From positions 2,649,716-2,713,715 of the forward strand of contig NZ_AP026867.1 of assembly GCF_026000115.1 (NCBI RefSeq): a stretch of DNA of 64,000 nt. Reading direction: 5' to 3'. The notes beneath the pieces were generated by a model, which did not search any database, had not been told where the DNA came from, and saw only the letters and a program-made list of their open reading frames with translations. Of this stretch, positions 60,737 through 64,000 are shown in pieces. Made by a program: the position numbers and the translations under genes. Source of the stretch: Aureispira anguillae. GTDB taxonomy: Bacteria > Bacteroidota > Bacteroidia > Chitinophagales > Saprospiraceae. Numbering within the stretch: the stretch's first letter is position 1; each line of letters starts with the position of its first letter.

Positions 60737-61567
60737 TTAATTTTTATTTGCGGCTTGTATTATTTCCCTAAAATCTGGCACTACTAAATCATCACCATCC
60801 TCATTCATTAGTTTCAGACATTCCCGTGTAGCAAATTCAAAATATGCCAAAGCAACTTTAGGGTTTCGATCTATTTTGTGCGATGCAGATTCTACAGGAA
60901 TTAACTGCACTTCTTTTTCTAAATTTTTGGCAAAAGAGATTGCCTTTTTAACCTGATTAAATGAAACCCAAGGATCACTGGTTCCCGCAATAAAAGAAAG
61001 TTTGCCTTTTATTCCTTTGACATCATCAAGGGTAGTTTCAAATGTTTCAAAGTTATTTTTGATACAATCCTCTATAAAACTTGCATTGATAGAATAGCCC
61101 AATACTTCAGCAGATGGATTTCCAGCAAAATATGCCTCGAATACATTTTCGTCAGATGCTTCTGTAAGGGTATGTCTTACATCTACCACTGGAGCAATAA
61201 ATACAGTATTTAATTCTTTGTCCAATGCTCCCAATGCTCTTAGAGTTGCTCTTGCCGACAAACTCATGGAAACAATGACATTACACTTTGTGAAATTAAC
61301 TGCACTTATGACATCTTCAACCTGCTTAGATAAACTTGAATCTGAAATCTTCCCTGAACTTTCCCCCACATGGTTTCTAAAATCCATACGGTAAACCTTA
61401 AACCCATTCTGAGTTAGAAAATAACTTAAAGAAAAAATACGTTTGGCAGTAATACCAAAAGCTGGGGTAATCAAGACACTCCCCTTACAATCCCCCTCAT
61501 TTGGCTTGTCCACTGTAAGACTGATAACTTCCCCATTAACTTCTATTATTTCTTTTTTACTGATCAT
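60737..61567 (-). CDS. luxD: LuxD-family acyltransferase (acyl-ACP thioesterase/transferase)
   Basis: 276 aa. VLITPAFGITAKRIFSLSYFLTQNGFKVYRMDFRNHVGESSGKI, IVSMSLSARATLRA (active Ser) and VDVRHTLTEA align with Vibrio LuxD (NGFHVFRYDSLHHVGLSSGSI, ASLSARVA, VNLRDTLEKA). Confidence 0.8.
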   Translation of the reverse strand: MISKKEIIEVNGEVISLTVDKPNEGDCKGSVLITPAFGITAKRIFSLSYFLTQNGFKVYRMDFRNHVGESSGKISDSSLSKQVEDVISAVNFTKCNVIVSMSLSARATLRALGALDKELNTVFIAPVVDVRHTLTEASDENVFEAYFAGNPSAEVLGYSINASFIEDCIKNNFETFETTLDDVKGIKGKLSFIAGTSDPWVSFNQVKKAISFAKNLEKEVQLIPVESASHKIDRNPKVALAYFEFATRECLKLMNEDGDDLVVPDFREIIQAANKN

Positions 61568-62553
61568 TTAATTTAAATCTTTTATACACGCTAATTAGGT
61601 TTTAAAATATTGACGTTGTAAAAAAAACATTTTAATACCTGTATTATTTAGCCATAGTTTAATAGCAAACATAAGCCTATCTGCTCATGGATTAAGGCAA
61701 CTTAACCAATGACACTTTTAAAATAACTTCACTTTAAAGTCCTTCTTTATTCTATTGTTTAAAAAACCTTCAGGTTCATTTAACATGCTTATTCATTTCA
61801 AGACATACCTCTCCCTCAAGCACAACCAACCTTAGGCTATACTTCAATCTAGAGCAGAGGGTGCCCTAACAAAAAAATTTTTATTTTTTTAGTTCATTAG
61901 ATATTAGTAGGTAAATAACCAACCTAAGTTAGTTGCTTACCAGCAATGCTTTCCTATTCTGTAAATTTCACAACAACAGTTGCCTGATAGCCTGCAAAAT
62001 CAGTTGATTATGCACACAAAGACGCTTACCCGTTTAATTATTTAATTTAACCAAACAGATTAAAAACCATTGAAAATCAAATAGGTTTACCAATTTTTTT
62101 AGATAACTCTAAATACATAAGTAGGACGCAAGTATTTTCTAAAAAATACTTCATCTTCATCAAACACCTTTAACTTTATTATCAATAATTGTTGATTTGG
62201 GGTAAAAATCTATTATTACTTGATGATAATATTATGAATGAATGTAACGCCGTTTCTTATAAAAAAAGTTGAATATAACTTAATGAAATGGATAGAGGTT
62301 CTTCTATATAGATTATATATTTTGGAAGGTTTGGGAATAATGGATTTTAAATGTTTCTTTTTACAACAAAACAAATTTAGTCTAATTTATAACAAAATGC
62401 AAGGACTATATGAATATTTTTTATTCCAATATATTAATGTAATATTCAATAAAATCAACTATAGTCTTCTAATAGCTTTCCACTTAAGTATAGAAATATT
62501 ATACAATCCCTACCAGCACGCTATCCTAGACCTTGACCTAAAGAAAATTCTAA

Positions 62554-63432
62554 TTAATTAAAATCCTTTCCCCATGACTCCGCAATAAATTCAAGATAAT
62601 GTAAATTAGTTGGATACTCCCAAAGCTCAATAAGTCGGTGCCCTTTGTTCTCAATAATTTTAAATTTATGCTGAATACCATGCATTCTCAAATAATCACT
62701 CATGATTGGACTCCCCTTTCGGTTGTTATTCTGAACATATTGATCCTGATCCCCTATCAACAGCTCAATCTTTATATTGCTTTTTAGAATTTCATCCAAA
62801 TTTTTATCTACCGCCTGTTTTAGACGTTTGATTGCATAATCACTTACAAATGCACTAGAAACCACTGAAGCAAATTTAGTAGGAAAGTAAAGCGCAAAAT
62901 TCAAAGCCCCTGTTGCCCCTCTAGAATGTCCAATAACAGAAATTTGGGTACTTTCCATTGTTGTATGAAAATTTTCAGCACAAAATCGCCTGAGTTCTTG
63001 TTTTTTATCACTGGTGATCATTTCTTCATTGGGGTTGGTATACCACTGCATTTCATTTGTATTTGTCCCACCTCTTACTGCAACAATAACCATTTCAGGA
63101 ATAAGTTGATTCTTCATCCAATGATTTAGACTTGATACAGGGAATGCCTGAATAAATGTATTTTCATCTTCACCTTGACCATGCAATAGAATCAGAAGAG
63201 GATACTTTTTAGCCCTTTCTTGAGACCAATTTGAAGGAAGATAAACGTTGAAATCAACCTGCCCTCTACTCTTACTTGTAAAAGAAGAATGGGTATAATT
63301 ACCTGTTTTAAAAACTTTGGTTATGGCTTGATTATGTTGGCTTATACGGTCTCCAGTACAAGCCAACAATGCTATGGTTACGAATAAGCACCAATAAATA
63401 TTTTTTCCCATTTTGACGGTAGGTAAAATCAA
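62554..63432 (-). CDS. Alpha/beta-hydrolase lipoprotein (putative esterase)
   Basis: 292 aa. Lipobox IALLACTG, nucleophile elbow VIGHSRGATGAL, and LILLHGQGED upstream. Confidence 0.65.
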   Translation of the reverse strand: MILPTVKMGKNIYWCLFVTIALLACTGDRISQHNQAITKVFKTGNYTHSSFTSKSRGQVDFNVYLPSNWSQERAKKYPLLILLHGQGEDENTFIQAFPVSSLNHWMKNQLIPEMVIVAVRGGTNTNEMQWYTNPNEEMITSDKKQELRRFCAENFHTTMESTQISVIGHSRGATGALNFALYFPTKFASVVSSAFVSDYAIKRLKQAVDKNLDEILKSNIKIELLIGDQDQYVQNNNRKGSPIMSDYLRMHGIQHKFKIIENKGHRLIELWEYPTNLHYLEFIAESWGKDFN

Positions 63433-64000
63433 AGATTAAAATATTCTTTTTGTTGAACTACTTCCAGCATCACATCAGTAATATACGTCAAATCTTTTTC
63501 ATTGATAATATAAGGCGGCATAATGTAAATCATGTTTTTAAAGGGACGTATCCAAACTCCTTGTTGCACAAAAAATGCCTGAATGGCTCCTACCTCAACA
63601 GGATAATGAGTTTCTATTACTCCAATTGCGCCTAGGACACGTACAGACTTCACCAACTCATAGTTTAGCGCTTTTTGCAATTTATAGGTCAAAATTTGCT
63701 CTATTTTCGCAATTCGCTGTTCCCAATTGGATGCTATTAACAACGCTAAACTAGCATTAGCAACCGCACAAGCCAAAGGATTACCCATAAAAGTAGGTCC
63801 ATGCATCATTACCCCTGCTTCTCCATTACAAATGGTATTGGCAACGGTTCGGCTACAAATAGTAGCGGCTAAGGTCATGTAACCTCCCGTCAATGCCTTT
63901 CCAACACAGATAATATCGGGAATAATATCGGCATGTTCTACCGCAAACATCTTTCCTGTACGCCCAAATCCTGTTGCAATTTCATCAGCAATTAACAAAA
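63429..64000 (-). CDS. bioA: Adenosylmethionine-8-amino-7-oxononanoate aminotransferase (class III AT), 3' portion only - N-terminus beyond window end
   Basis: LIADEIATGFGRTGKMFAVEHADIIPDIICVGKALTGGYMTLAA (PLP Lys in VGKAL), and C-terminal VWIRPFKNMIYIMPPYII, typical of BioA. Confidence 0.75.
   Translation of the reverse strand, partial: LLIADEIATGFGRTGKMFAVEHADIIPDIICVGKALTGGYMTLAATICSRTVANTICNGEAGVMMHGPTFMGNPLACAVANASLALLIASNWEQRIAKIEQILTYKLQKALNYELVKSVRVLGAIGVIETHYPVEVGAIQAFFVQQGVWIRPFKNMIYIMPPYIINEKDLTYITDVMLEVVQQKEYFNL

Noticed and set aside
46453-61567. Bioluminescence (lux) operon
   Set aside because: luxC, luxD and luxE homologues are present. No luxA/luxB luciferase or luxG is present in the window, and the genes are interleaved with sugar-nucleotide enzymes. 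This was reinterpreted as a fatty-aldehyde-supplying module.
62238-62561. 107-aa ORF in the AT-rich leader upstream of the operon
   Set aside because: Extreme AT codon bias (Ile/Asn/Lys/Tyr/Phe) and no motif. It is more likely non-coding regulatory DNA.

Overview
Low-GC (about 35-38%) Bacteroidota-type chromosomal window. Evidence for the phylum call: T9SS C-terminal sorting domains, FG-GAP/SBBP beta-propeller surface proteins, Reg_prop lipoproteins, and a candidate TTG-N20-TAnnTTTG promoter. No rRNA, tRNA, CRISPR, transposase or integrase was recognised. Positions 1-44,300 are mostly plus-strand accessory genes: LRR and TPR lipoproteins, a MarR-DoxX pair with a repeated cctaggaaaata operator-like motif, two giant T9SS cargo proteins (one with six near-identical 150-bp tandem repeats), Crp-HchA, a bestrophin-like channel, a TTG-start methyltransferase with a transglutaminase-like neighbour, a metallophosphoesterase with tandem ADP-ribosylglycohydrolases, a MerC-like/small protein/COG0523 metal locus, lipoprotein KatG, and a Csp with a K/E-rich extension. 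The main finding is a 19-gene, tightly packed minus-strand operon at 44,313-61,567. It combines clear homologues of the bioluminescence fatty-acid reductase proteins LuxD, LuxC and LuxE, without luciferase LuxAB, with a complete GDP-D-glycero-D-manno-heptose pathway (FSA/TalC-type transaldolase, GmhA, HddA-like GHMP kinase, GmhB, NTP-transferase). It also carries a WbpA/WbpP/WbpB-like UDP-sugar module partnered with an IlvE-type fold-IV aminotransferase, two FkbM and one class-I methyltransferase, SDR, HAD, NUDIX and a single GT4 glycosyltransferase. There are no Wzx/Wzy/Wza genes. I read this as a candidate, apparently undescribed, fatty-aldehyde/alcohol-linked methylated heptose glycolipid or glycoconjugate pathway. 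The window ends with a lipoprotein alpha/beta-hydrolase translationally coupled to a 3'-truncated bioA.
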